From: Promethearchaeota archaeon
GTDB lineage: Archaea > Asgardarchaeota > Lokiarchaeia > Sigyniarchaeales > SOKP01
Length of the DNA stretch: 26,200 nt
Reading direction: 5' to 3'
Assembly (NCBI GenBank): GCA_048939995.1
Contig: JBHLOY010000021.1
Location: 1-26,200 of the forward strand
Part shown: positions 17,072-26,079 of the stretch, in pieces
Layout of the letters: the number at the start of each line of letters is the position of its first letter
How positions within the stretch are numbered: position 1 is the stretch's first letter
The notes under the pieces: model-generated
Told to the model about the DNA's origin: nothing
The model's database searches: none
The model's input: only the letters and a program-made list of their open reading frames with translations
Program-made: the position numbers and the translations under genes

Positions 17072-17269
17072 GAATAGCGAATCCCAATAAAAAGGAAGAA
17101 TAAGGAAAAAATCAATGCTATCCAACAATTATATATGCAAAATTTGGTTCTATTGAGAAAATGTATAAAGTAATTGAAATCTCCAAATAGACAAGAGGAT
17201 TAATAATAACTACTTTCCAGTTAATTTACACATAAAAATATAAGTTGACCAAGTTTATATCTAACAAAT

Positions 17270-18913
17270 ATGAAATTAACAATTCGATTTAAGAACCGAC
17301 TTTTCATAGCTATTTTAATAGTATTCATGTTATTATTACCTTTCTTAACAAGCCTAAAACTTACTAAGAGTCAAGAGATATATCCGACAATACTATCATT
17401 CTCAGAGGATCGACTTTTATCAATAGATGATAGTAATTATCCACATCATGTAGAGGTCTCAATGGCAATAAATGAGAATGGAATAATTTTTGTAGGATGG
17501 AAGAATTCAGAAACGCATAATGGTGGGGGAGCAAGAGTAAGTATTGTGAGATCTCTTGATGGAGGACAAACATGGACCAATCCATACGATATGCCTATGT
17601 TTGAAGGGCGATTTACCCGTCAATCAGATCCCTGGCTCTATTGGTATAATAATACGATTTACTATGCATATCTAGAATTTGAAAATGATTATTTTATAGA
17701 TCCTGAGGGAGGGTACCTAACTCAGATTACAGTAGCCAAGAGCGATGATGATGGAGAAACATGGACTCCTGTTAATGCAACAAATGGAAATTACTTTGCA
17801 GATAAAGAAACTTTTGTAGTTGGTGAAAATAATACAATTTATGTCGTGTATGATGATGTGGATACTAGTTCCATTGGAAATGCAACTGTTAGAGTAAGTC
17901 GGTCATTAGATGGGGGAATCACTTATCAAGACAATTCAAGTTTGGGAGAGGATTTTTATTTTGTTGGTCCTTATATAACTTTAAATCGAAGTGGAGATAT
18001 TTTCATCGCATGGACTTGGGCTCCTGAAACAGGAGGAAACCTCTACTTTACCAAAAGTTCAGACGGTGGTTTAACTTTCGATCCTCCACAATTTATAAAT
18101 CAAGATGGTAATTATTGTGCGCTTGAAGCCATTGCTGGCTATGCTAGCAAAGCAACTTTACCTGTTCTTGAATTTGACCAATTCAATCGGCTTTATGTAT
18201 TATGGGCTGATAAATTCGATTATCAAGGAGATACGTGGGATGTTTATTTAAGATATTCCGATAATTTTGGAAGAACTTGGAGTAATCGCATTAGAGTTAA
18301 TCCAACAATCGCAGGACACCAATGGAACCCAGATCTTGCAGTTGATGATTCAGGGAGACTCCATATTGTTTATTATAGTGAAGAAGGAGGGTCATATAAA
18401 CCATATTACCGAACATTAAATTTTACGGGACCCTATCGAAATGAAACATTATTTTCTGAAGAGCTTGCGATTACAGAGAGTTTTACTTCTAGCACTTTTT
18501 CTAGACCTGGTGAATATTTTGCTATCCAACTAGATAATAATAATATACCACATATAGCTTGGTCTGATGCTAGAAATAATCAGATGGATATATATTATTC
18601 CTATGGGTTTAATTATGTCCCATTTCGATTCTCGGTAGAGCTAATAATTATAATCACAATTATAATAATCATAGGTTTTACTGCATTAATAACAACTTTT
18701 TATATCAGATATAAACGAGATACACATAAAATCTCTAAAAGAAAATTAGCACAAAGGACAAAAGATTATACGAAAACTTTCAAATATATCTGTAGTAATT
18801 GTCATGAATTTGCAAACACTCTAAGGGAATATTGTGAGAATTGTGGTGCGATGGATACGCTTAAACGAGCCTCTAGAGAAGATTACCATAACTATCTACC
18901 AGATTTAAAATAA
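17270..18913 (+). CDS. Single-pass membrane protein with an extracellular BNR/Asp-box (sialidase-like) beta-propeller and a cytoplasmic zinc ribbon
   Basis: Signal/anchor peptide; five Asp boxes (SLDGGQTW, SDDDGETW, SLDGGITY, SSDGGLTF, SDNFGRTW); several N-x-S/T sequons; Ile-rich TM helix followed by a basic stretch; C-terminal CSNC...CENCG. Confidence 0.85.
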   Translation: MKLTIRFKNRLFIAILIVFMLLLPFLTSLKLTKSQEIYPTILSFSEDRLLSIDDSNYPHHVEVSMAINENGIIFVGWKNSETHNGGGARVSIVRSLDGGQTWTNPYDMPMFEGRFTRQSDPWLYWYNNTIYYAYLEFENDYFIDPEGGYLTQITVAKSDDDGETWTPVNATNGNYFADKETFVVGENNTIYVVYDDVDTSSIGNATVRVSRSLDGGITYQDNSSLGEDFYFVGPYITLNRSGDIFIAWTWAPETGGNLYFTKSSDGGLTFDPPQFINQDGNYCALEAIAGYASKATLPVLEFDQFNRLYVLWADKFDYQGDTWDVYLRYSDNFGRTWSNRIRVNPTIAGHQWNPDLAVDDSGRLHIVYYSEEGGSYKPYYRTLNFTGPYRNETLFSEELAITESFTSSTFSRPGEYFAIQLDNNNIPHIAWSDARNNQMDIYYSYGFNYVPFRFSVELIIIITIIIIIGFTALITTFYIRYKRDTHKISKRKLAQRTKDYTKTFKYICSNCHEFANTLREYCENCGAMDTLKRASREDYHNYLPDLK

Positions 18914-18939
18914 TTTTGCCTCCTTTTTTTTCTTACTTA

Positions 18940-19355
18940 TTAAATAAAATCTTTTATTTTTACATTATCATTCTTAATCTCATTAAATGGTCTTCTTTCA
19001 TCATCTTTTATAAAATTTGCAAATAGGGCACATTATTATTATCAATAAATTCCCAAAACTCGTTATAAATATCCTTTAATGAAAGAATTTTCTTATTTTC
19101 TTGTTCTAAACATCCTTGATTAAAATCCTTATTACTTTGGGGATTATATTTAATATTATTTTCATCATTTTTTAAATCTATATCCACTTTCTGATATCCG
19201 CGGATTATATAATTCTTATCGATAAAAACTTGAAAATGATGTTCACAAACCATCCCTTTTGGTATTGAAACGGTAACTAGATGAGTACTTTCACATTGAG
19301 GAATTGCAATTTCTTTTGAATTTTTACACGTAGGGCAGATAAGATTTACTTTCAA
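18940..19355 (-). CDS. Small zinc-ribbon-like protein of unknown function, probably frameshifted near 19027
   Basis: TTG start with GAGGT upstream. CPTC...CEHHFQVFIDKNYIIRGYQKVD metal-binding motif. The annotated frame stops at 19008, but a shifted frame continues (LFANFIKDDERRPF...DFI*) to TAA at 18940-18942. Confidence 0.6.
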
Positions 19356-19442
19356 AATTATTACCTCAAAATAATTTTTTAAAGATTCAAGTTTATCTAT
19401 AAATTAATTTTTAAATTAAAAGTTAAATAGTCCGAATAAAAA

Positions 19443-20840
19443 GTGATTTCTATTTCTGAAATAGATGTTTTTTTTGAGCCAAAATCTATAGCTCTTATAG
19501 GCGCTTCAGAATCTTTAAAATTTGGATACTGGACAACTGAATATCTTCTTCAATCCAATTTCAAAACCTATCCAGTGAATCCGAATAAGGATTATATCTT
19601 TGGACATAAAACTTATAAAACCGTAAAAGAGATCCCTGATAATATAGATTTGGCAATTATCATTGTTAATAATGATAAAGTTCTTGAATCTGTAAAAGAT
19701 TGTGTAGAAAAAGGAGTGAAGGGGGTCATTATTGAGACTGCTGGTTTTGCTGAAACTGGAATAAAAAAATATGTTGAAATTCAAAAGGAAATAGAAAGTT
19801 ATACTAAGATTAATCCTATAAGGATTCTTGGACCAAATTGTGTTGGTGTGACTAATTTCAATAATAGATTTACTAGTGCTGAAATAGATTTTAAGGAGGT
19901 AATAGAAGGAGGAAATATCTCTATAATAGCTCAATCTGGAGTTCTTGGAAATGTATTCATTGAATGGTGTACATTTCAAAAAATTGGCCTATCAAAATCA
20001 ATAACGCTAGGTAATAAAGTTGATGTTGATGAGGTTGATATATTACCATATCTAGAAAAAGATATTAATACAAAAGTCATTACTGTCTATTTAGAAGGTG
20101 TTAAAAGGGGTAAGGAACTACTGAATGTATTCAAAAGTATAACTAAACCCGTTTTAATATTAAAAAATGGAATTAGTGCTATAGGTTCAAAAGCAATTAG
20201 AAGTCATACAGCTTCTATAGCTGGGAATGATAAAATTTACGATTGTATCTTCAAACAATGCCCAAACGTTTTTAGAGTTAATGACTTTTTTGAAATGTTT
20301 AATATCGCCCATGTGTTTGCCACCCAACCTTTATTAAGCGGTAATAAACTAGCTATAATCACGACATCAGGAAGTTTGGGTATCCTAGCATGCGATTTAA
20401 TTGAAAAAGAGGGATTGCAACTCGCTCAATTAAATAGAGATACTATTAGTAAATTGGAATCAATTTCTCCGACTTGGACATCTATTAATAACCCTGTTGA
20501 TTTAGGACCTTCATTATTTGGGACATTTCGTCCTACGTTAAAAACACTTATGGAAGATGGAAATGTTGATGCTTTATTATACATTTTTGCGGTTCCTAGG
20601 AAACCAATTGAATCATTTTCTCTGTCAATTCTCCCACATATGAAAGATCTAAAAGTTTTGTCAGATAAATTTAAGAAACCTGTTATTATTTGTGTGTTCG
20701 GCTCGCGATGGACAGAAGAGTATTTTTTAAAATACTCTAATAAATATAATATTCCCGTTATGACCCAAATAAACCATGCTATCAAAGCTTTTAGTATGAT
20801 GTATAATTATAAGAATTCACGTAATCGATTTTTTTCCTAG
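19443..20840 (+). CDS. acdA: ADP-forming acetate/acyl-CoA ligase, alpha subunit (CoA-binding + ligase domains)
   Basis: FFEPKSIALIGAS, YPVNP, AGFAETG, LGPNCVG, AQSG, LGNKVDVDE, YLEG, phospho-His motif SHTASIAG, TTSGSLG and NNPVDL. GTG start. Confidence 0.9.
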   Translation: MISISEIDVFFEPKSIALIGASESLKFGYWTTEYLLQSNFKTYPVNPNKDYIFGHKTYKTVKEIPDNIDLAIIIVNNDKVLESVKDCVEKGVKGVIIETAGFAETGIKKYVEIQKEIESYTKINPIRILGPNCVGVTNFNNRFTSAEIDFKEVIEGGNISIIAQSGVLGNVFIEWCTFQKIGLSKSITLGNKVDVDEVDILPYLEKDINTKVITVYLEGVKRGKELLNVFKSITKPVLILKNGISAIGSKAIRSHTASIAGNDKIYDCIFKQCPNVFRVNDFFEMFNIAHVFATQPLLSGNKLAIITTSGSLGILACDLIEKEGLQLAQLNRDTISKLESISPTWTSINNPVDLGPSLFGTFRPTLKTLMEDGNVDALLYIFAVPRKPIESFSLSILPHMKDLKVLSDKFKKPVIICVFGSRWTEEYFLKYSNKYNIPVMTQINHAIKAFSMMYNYKNSRNRFFS

Positions 20841-20936
20841 TTATTTAAAAACTGGACTCCAAATTTTTTTTAATCTACTATAAACACTCTTTATTTAAGA
20901 ATTACAAGTTAAATTCTAAATTAAGGTGATAAATAA

Positions 20937-21461
20937 ATGGTTGATTGGACTCTTGTTGCAGAAACTGCATTGTATTATTTACAAGAGTTTATGGAATGGT
21001 TTTTAAGTATTCCTCTTTATGGTCAAGTGTTAGTAGTTATTGGAATTGCTGCTGTCTTAGTTCTTACTGTTATTGTTGTGTATTACGTAATAAAAGGTGT
21101 AGTATATTTAGTTTATTATATACTAAAAGGAGTCTACCTTCTTTTGAAAGGTATTGGACTTTTATTCTACAAACTATTTAAAGCAATTTATTATGCGATT
21201 TCTGGGAAACCTTGTTGTCCTGTCGAACAAAAAGAAGAACAAGAAGTAAATCCCAATGTACAGCAGAAACTTGAACCTCAGAAAATTGAACCTTTGGAAG
21301 AACAGCTTGATATCATAGACCCCAGAGCTGCTTATTGTACTTCATGCGGGTCTGGATTTTCAGAGAGAATGCATCAACAGTTAATTGAAAGAGGAATTGC
21401 TTATTGCGCTCTTTGTGGTAAAGGTTTTAAAGTTAATATGATCGAAATCGAACCATATTAA
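20937..21461 (+). CDS. Small membrane protein with periodic Y/KG hydrophobic repeats and a C-terminal zinc ribbon
   Basis: GGTGA RBS. Hydrophobic region at aa ~30-88 with YYVIKGV/YYILKGV/YLLLKGI/YKLFKAI repeats, an E/Q/P-rich linker, and CTSCG...CALCG. Confidence 0.75.
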   Translation: MVDWTLVAETALYYLQEFMEWFLSIPLYGQVLVVIGIAAVLVLTVIVVYYVIKGVVYLVYYILKGVYLLLKGIGLLFYKLFKAIYYAISGKPCCPVEQKEEQEVNPNVQQKLEPQKIEPLEEQLDIIDPRAAYCTSCGSGFSERMHQQLIERGIAYCALCGKGFKVNMIEIEPY

Positions 21462-21540
21462 TTTTTTTTTTAATTATTTAATATCATAAGATCATTGAGT
21501 CTTTCTTGATAATTTAGATAGTGATCTCTATATATAATCT

Positions 21541-22851
21541 TTATTTTCCTATTAGATAAATTAATCCATCAGCAATTGAACCTCGCCAACATACCATGTC
21601 ATGCCCCCCTAGAAATTCTACATAATGAACAGGATATCCCTTAGCTTGTAGTGTTGTACGGAAATTCCGGTTAGAATTTAACAAATTTACATCACTCGTT
21701 TCCTCAAGAACACCTACATCAAGATAAATTTTTAAAGGTAATTTCTCGCTTTGAGTAAATTGACGAACAAGCCATTCTGGCTCCTTCTCATCCTGCTTTG
21801 TCCACCAGTGCTCGATATCATCAAGATCTTTTATTCTTTGAACCCAAAATTCTGCACCTGGATACCAAGAATAAGTTCCTGACATAGATAAGATATTACG
21901 AAATATTTCTGGATGTCTAAATGCTATAAATGTAGAAGCGATCCCTCCATAACTAGCTCCAGCAATAATAGATTGAGATGGATTTGTTGTAATATTGAAA
22001 TTTTCTCGAATCCATGGTATCAATTCTGTAATGATATAATTCATGAATTTTGGGTTAGGAGGTAATTCAGCAGCTCTTTGAGCGATACTTATTGGTATGA
22101 AATTTTCTACCATAATAGCAACTACTGGAGGAATTTTATTATCTGCAATGAGATTATCAAGAGTCGAGGATGTTTTTGCTACTTCTTCAAATAATAGTCC
22201 ATCAAATAATAAAAGAAAATGGTAAGGAGAATGCTTCTTAGAATAATTTGGGGGTGTATAAACTAGGATTTGTCGTTTTTTATTTAATATTTCACTGTGG
22301 GATGTAAATTTTTTTACTTTACCATGATCGATATTAATTCTTTCCCCATACCAAGGTTGGGTGGGAGCATCTGGAGATTCAAATTCATTCAATGGAAACT
22401 GGAAGCCATCTACCTTAAATTGGTAGAGTTTGGAATTAAAAGGGTCAGAAAAAACCAAATTTCCGTACTTAAAAATATTTTCGGACGGATTTTTTGGTTC
22501 AAGTGGATTGTTTTTGCTTAAGCAATATGTGTCTCGTATTCCTTTAATAATTTTATATGATTTGAAATATACATTTGTATCATCAATTCTTTCAAGTAAA
22601 CCTTGTTTTATATCTTCAGTAACAAATAAATTATTACAAATAATATTTTCTACTTCCTCTTCTTCTCGAACCAGAAAAGTAATGATGTTATGCTCATCAT
22701 CTCCTTCAATTTTCTCAAAGATAGGTGTTCCACTTTCTTCAACCTCTTTCCAAAAATTTGAAACAGCATCCTCGCCTGAGAGTTTAATTTCTTCTCTAAG
22801 TCTTGATACCCTAGGGCTAATAATTTTAGTTTCATTATTTTTTGTTACCAT
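21541..22851 (-). CDS. Enterochelin esterase (Fes)-like alpha/beta hydrolase with an N-terminal Fes-type domain
   Basis: FWKEVEESGTPIFE and ITFL (Fes N-domain-like), DPFN, VYTPPNY, LLFDG, LDNLIADNKIPP, nucleophile elbow GASYGG, SMSGTYSW, VGVLE and catalytic His in GGHDMVCWRG. Confidence 0.85.
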   Translation of the reverse strand: MVTKNNETKIISPRVSRLREEIKLSGEDAVSNFWKEVEESGTPIFEKIEGDDEHNIITFLVREEEEVENIICNNLFVTEDIKQGLLERIDDTNVYFKSYKIIKGIRDTYCLSKNNPLEPKNPSENIFKYGNLVFSDPFNSKLYQFKVDGFQFPLNEFESPDAPTQPWYGERINIDHGKVKKFTSHSEILNKKRQILVYTPPNYSKKHSPYHFLLLFDGLLFEEVAKTSSTLDNLIADNKIPPVVAIMVENFIPISIAQRAAELPPNPKFMNYIITELIPWIRENFNITTNPSQSIIAGASYGGIASTFIAFRHPEIFRNILSMSGTYSWYPGAEFWVQRIKDLDDIEHWWTKQDEKEPEWLVRQFTQSEKLPLKIYLDVGVLEETSDVNLLNSNRNFRTTLQAKGYPVHYVEFLGGHDMVCWRGSIADGLIYLIGK

Positions 22852-22923
22852 AATTTCAAACTATTTTTAAATCATGAAAACATTTAATATCTTTCTCCCA
22901 GAAGCTAATTTTAAATTCAATAA

Positions 22924-23790
22924 TTAATCTAACAGTTTTTCAAACAGTTTAACATGAAGAGGTTTATTTTCCCAGTAAGAAAAACCTAATTTTTTTACAA
23001 ATTCTACAATTTCAGCTTTACAAAAAATCACAAATATTTCATTCTCCTTTGCTTTGATCTCATTTATAAGAGTAAATTCAATTAAATCTTTGACATTTAA
23101 CTCATTTCCGTATGTTATCATCCATAATTCTTTACTAGTTGGTCCTTCTTGGGAACCGGGTCGCTTTAATTCAATCTTTTGCAGGATTGCATTGTCTTTA
23201 ACCAACCAATTTGAATTTTCATTTCCAATATAATCAAGCGGAATAAATGACCAACCAATGCAAATCTCATTCCCAGGACCAATATTTACTTTTTTATATA
23301 TCTCCTTTGCCTTATTGAGAGAAACTTCTTCAACTCCTTTAATCTCTCTTTCATGAATGACTAGTTTTTTGTATTTAGATTCCAAAGTTTCCATGCTCTT
23401 TTTTTCTTTGAACCCAAAATATTTAGCAAGTGCTAAAGAACCAACATTTTCTGAAGATGTATCATATTGAGCGACTTTTGCTCCAAATTTTTTAGCATAA
23501 TCTATTGCATATTTCATTAAAGCCTTTCCTATCCCTTTTTTCTGCAAATCAACCTTAACTCTCCCACCTTCTAACCATGCAGTTTTATTTGGAAATATCT
23601 TAACTCGGCCAAATCCTATCAATAGAGTAGTAGCTTTATCTTTAAATCCTCCATAATTCAAACAATCTGTATCTCTTAACCACTGCTTGATCACATTTGG
23701 AACATAATCCTCCCCTTCCCAAAGATCTTTAGTTATATCTAATATCTGTGGGATATCATCATCCTTAAGTTCTCGAAAATATAAATCCAA
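22924..23790 (-). CDS. GNAT-family N-acetyltransferase
   Basis: N-terminal GNAT domain: WEGEDYVP, AWLEGGRV, acetyl-CoA motif LQKKGIGKALM and NVGSLALAKYFGF. It has an additional C-terminal domain. TTG start 2 bp after the CPBP stop codon. Confidence 0.85.
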   Translation of the reverse strand: MDLYFRELKDDDIPQILDITKDLWEGEDYVPNVIKQWLRDTDCLNYGGFKDKATTLLIGFGRVKIFPNKTAWLEGGRVKVDLQKKGIGKALMKYAIDYAKKFGAKVAQYDTSSENVGSLALAKYFGFKEKKSMETLESKYKKLVIHEREIKGVEEVSLNKAKEIYKKVNIGPGNEICIGWSFIPLDYIGNENSNWLVKDNAILQKIELKRPGSQEGPTSKELWMITYGNELNVKDLIEFTLINEIKAKENEIFVIFCKAEIVEFVKKLGFSYWENKPLHVKLFEKLLD

Positions 23791-23792
23791 TT

Positions 23793-24398
23793 TTAACCAC
23801 CATCAATTCGACTTTTTTTAAAATATCGACAATAAATACCATAATATGAAATAATAGCTAAACTATAATGAGCAAAAATACATGAAATCATGCCTAGAGT
23901 AAATAATAGATATCCAGTATAAAGACCTAAACAAAAAGAATAGAAGAGAAAGATGGATACTATTCTTAAATTCTTATATGAAAACCATGTATGGAGATGA
24001 TAGACAGCAAAGATCAAACTCGAAATTAAGATTGAAATCAGCCATTCCAAATATAATTGATAAAATAAGATACCAATTAGATAATATCTAAAGATTAATT
24101 CTTCAATAATCATAATTACTAGAAAACCTAACCATCTGAGAAGCTTATTATCATCTCTTATGAATGAGTTTATGACATCATGTTTTTCCATTATATCAAT
24201 AATTTTTGAGTTATAACCATAAAGTTCAATGGTTTTACCTATTATTAACAAGATTAAATATCCAAATAAAATAATCAGAACAATTAATAGATTAAATTCC
24301 TTAACGAAAAAGAAATCTAAAAATACACCAAAATAAAAAGGAAATGTTAGCATTAAAAATGTGAAAACTATAATTGTATATTTAATTCTCTTGTTCAA
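23793..24398 (-). CDS. CPBP (Rce1/Abi, CAAX protease-like) intramembrane glutamic peptidase
   Basis: Multi-TM protein with motif 1 EELIFR, motif 2 FAVYH and the motif-4 His in FAHYS. Confidence 0.85.
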   Translation of the reverse strand: MNKRIKYTIIVFTFLMLTFPFYFGVFLDFFFVKEFNLLIVLIILFGYLILLIIGKTIELYGYNSKIIDIMEKHDVINSFIRDDNKLLRWLGFLVIMIIEELIFRYYLIGILFYQLYLEWLISILISSLIFAVYHLHTWFSYKNLRIVSIFLFYSFCLGLYTGYLLFTLGMISCIFAHYSLAIISYYGIYCRYFKKSRIDGG

Positions 24399-24552
24399 TT
24401 TCGCTTAAACCTTTTCAGCGATTCGAAGTATTTAATCATTAATGATACATTCAATATGAAAATTTTTGCTGGTTAAGTTATAAATATAAAAAGAATTAAT
24501 TTTAATCATACATAGTTAATTAGATCACTAATTTATCCATTTTAGTAAAAAT

Positions 24553-26079
24553 ATGACAGAAATTTATCAAAAATTAGAAAAAATTGTATCTGCACAAAAC
24601 ATTTCCAATAGCATTTATGTAAGACATGCTTATTCCAGAAATGTAGATTTAGTTTTACAAGGTATACCTGATGTAGTCATAAGACCTAAAGATGCTAAAG
24701 AGATATCTGAAATATTAAAAGTTGCGAACAAAGAAAATGTACCAATTATTCCTCGCGGTGCTGGAATTTGTGAATTTGGCGGTAGTAAACCTATTGGAAA
24801 TGGTGGTATTGTCCTAGATATGAAAAGAATGAATAATATTCTTAATTTAGATCAAGATAATTTAATTGTTACAGTTGAAGCTGGTATCTCATGGGGTAAA
24901 TTAAATGAATTTTTGTGCCAGTATGGTCTTTATACCGGATGTATGGGACCTGGTTCTGGAATGTCTGCCTCAATTGGAGGAGGTATTTCACATCATTCTG
25001 TCGGGGGTGGTGGATGTGCAAAATATGGGGCTTGTACAAATCAACTAGTTTCATTAGAAGTCGTATTACCTACAGGTGAAATTATTGAAACTGGTTCTCA
25101 AGCAAATAAGCATTCTAAATATCCTTTCAATAGATTTGGGAATGGACCAGATTTGGCTGGACTTTTTTGCGGGGATAATGGAATTTTTGGAGTGAAAACT
25201 AAAGTTACTTTACAAATCTTTCCTAAACCAAAATATGCCGCCTACAAATCTTTTCAACTACCAAGAAAAGAACGGGAAGTCTCAGCCAATATTATGACGC
25301 AGGTGAGACAAAAAGGGATAGATGTCTACGATCTCATGTATATGATGGATCTTTTTCTAAGAATTGGAGCCCAAGAAAAATTTATGCCTTTATGGGATCA
25401 CCTAAAAAAGAAAAGAGGTATAATTTTTTACACAATAGAAGCCAATTCAGAAGAAGAATTAGAGCAAGAAGTTAAAAAGTTAGACAATATTATGGAGAAT
25501 AACAAAGCTGAGCCATTAGGACCTGAAATTTCAGATGGAAATATTGCAAAGTGGCATTATACCGAACAAGGTCATTGGCAATTCTACCATAATTTGTGGG
25601 GCATTTTTCCAACCATGCAACCTTTATCAGCAGAATGTTTTGCGCCAATCAATATATACCCTAAGATTTTAGATGATATCGATCAATGGGATATTGAACA
25701 CGATGCAGATATGAGAAAAATATTTGAAATCACTAATATTCGCCCGATATCCGGAAGTGGTCCAATTTTATTAATAGATGGTAATAATGTGGAAATAACT
25801 TGCGGATTTACTAGTTTTTGGAGTTATTATGATGGAAAAATCTATAAGGAGATCGAAGAGATAAACTTCAAACTATGGAAATCACTATTGAAAAGGGTTA
25901 CAGAATATGGAGTACAATGGTATATGATGGGAGATTATATGTCTCGCTTGATGGTTGATATTGGTGCTTATTCAGAAAAATATTACGCTTTAATGAAAGG
26001 CATAAAGAAACTATTAGATCCTAATATAATATTAAGCAGAGGAAAATTCAATTTCTGGGGTGATTCGAAAAGTGAGTGA
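24553..26079 (+). CDS. VAO/PCMH-superfamily FAD-linked oxidoreductase (GlcD/D-lactate dehydrogenase/ADPS-like FAD domain)
   Basis: PDVVIRP, IIPRGAG, GGIVLDMKRMNNIL, VEAGI, ASIGG, LEVVLPTGEIIETG, GPDLAGLFCGDNGIFGVKTK and the C-terminal KKLLDPNIIL. Confidence 0.88.
   Translation: MTEIYQKLEKIVSAQNISNSIYVRHAYSRNVDLVLQGIPDVVIRPKDAKEISEILKVANKENVPIIPRGAGICEFGGSKPIGNGGIVLDMKRMNNILNLDQDNLIVTVEAGISWGKLNEFLCQYGLYTGCMGPGSGMSASIGGGISHHSVGGGGCAKYGACTNQLVSLEVVLPTGEIIETGSQANKHSKYPFNRFGNGPDLAGLFCGDNGIFGVKTKVTLQIFPKPKYAAYKSFQLPRKEREVSANIMTQVRQKGIDVYDLMYMMDLFLRIGAQEKFMPLWDHLKKKRGIIFYTIEANSEEELEQEVKKLDNIMENNKAEPLGPEISDGNIAKWHYTEQGHWQFYHNLWGIFPTMQPLSAECFAPINIYPKILDDIDQWDIEHDADMRKIFEITNIRPISGSGPILLIDGNNVEITCGFTSFWSYYDGKIYKEIEEINFKLWKSLLKRVTEYGVQWYMMGDYMSRLMVDIGAYSEKYYALMKGIKKLLDPNIILSRGKFNFWGDSKSE

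Noticed and set aside
18640-18672. ATA/ATT/ATC-rich low-complexity run
   Set aside because: It simply encodes the poly-Ile transmembrane helix and is not an independent repeat element.
3911-24398. A complete eukaryote-like CAAX prenylation pathway (prenyltransferase + Rce1 + substrate)
   Set aside because: The CPBP gene is ~15 kb from the barrel protein and CPBPs are widespread in prokaryotes. No complete ORF called as a gene here ends in a CaaX motif, no alpha subunit or ICMT is present, and the barrel lacks visible zinc ligands.
874-25054. Short ORFs overlapping the main genes (874-1071, 1823-2047, 3449-3673, 5643-5948, 8753-8980, 9410-9613, 10667-10897, 13070-13252, 13878-14228, 17364-17585, 19515-19979, 20426-20785, 20945-21181, 22297-22521, 22430-22870, 22650-22835, 24869-25054)
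   Set aside because: They are antisense or alternative-frame shadows of well-supported genes, with no recognisable motifs and composition typical of reverse-strand translation.
26077-26079. Selenocysteine readthrough at TGA stops (also 15396-15398)
   Set aside because: Both TGAs fall at the natural family C-terminus and overlap or abut the next gene's start, and no SECIS-like structure was recognised.
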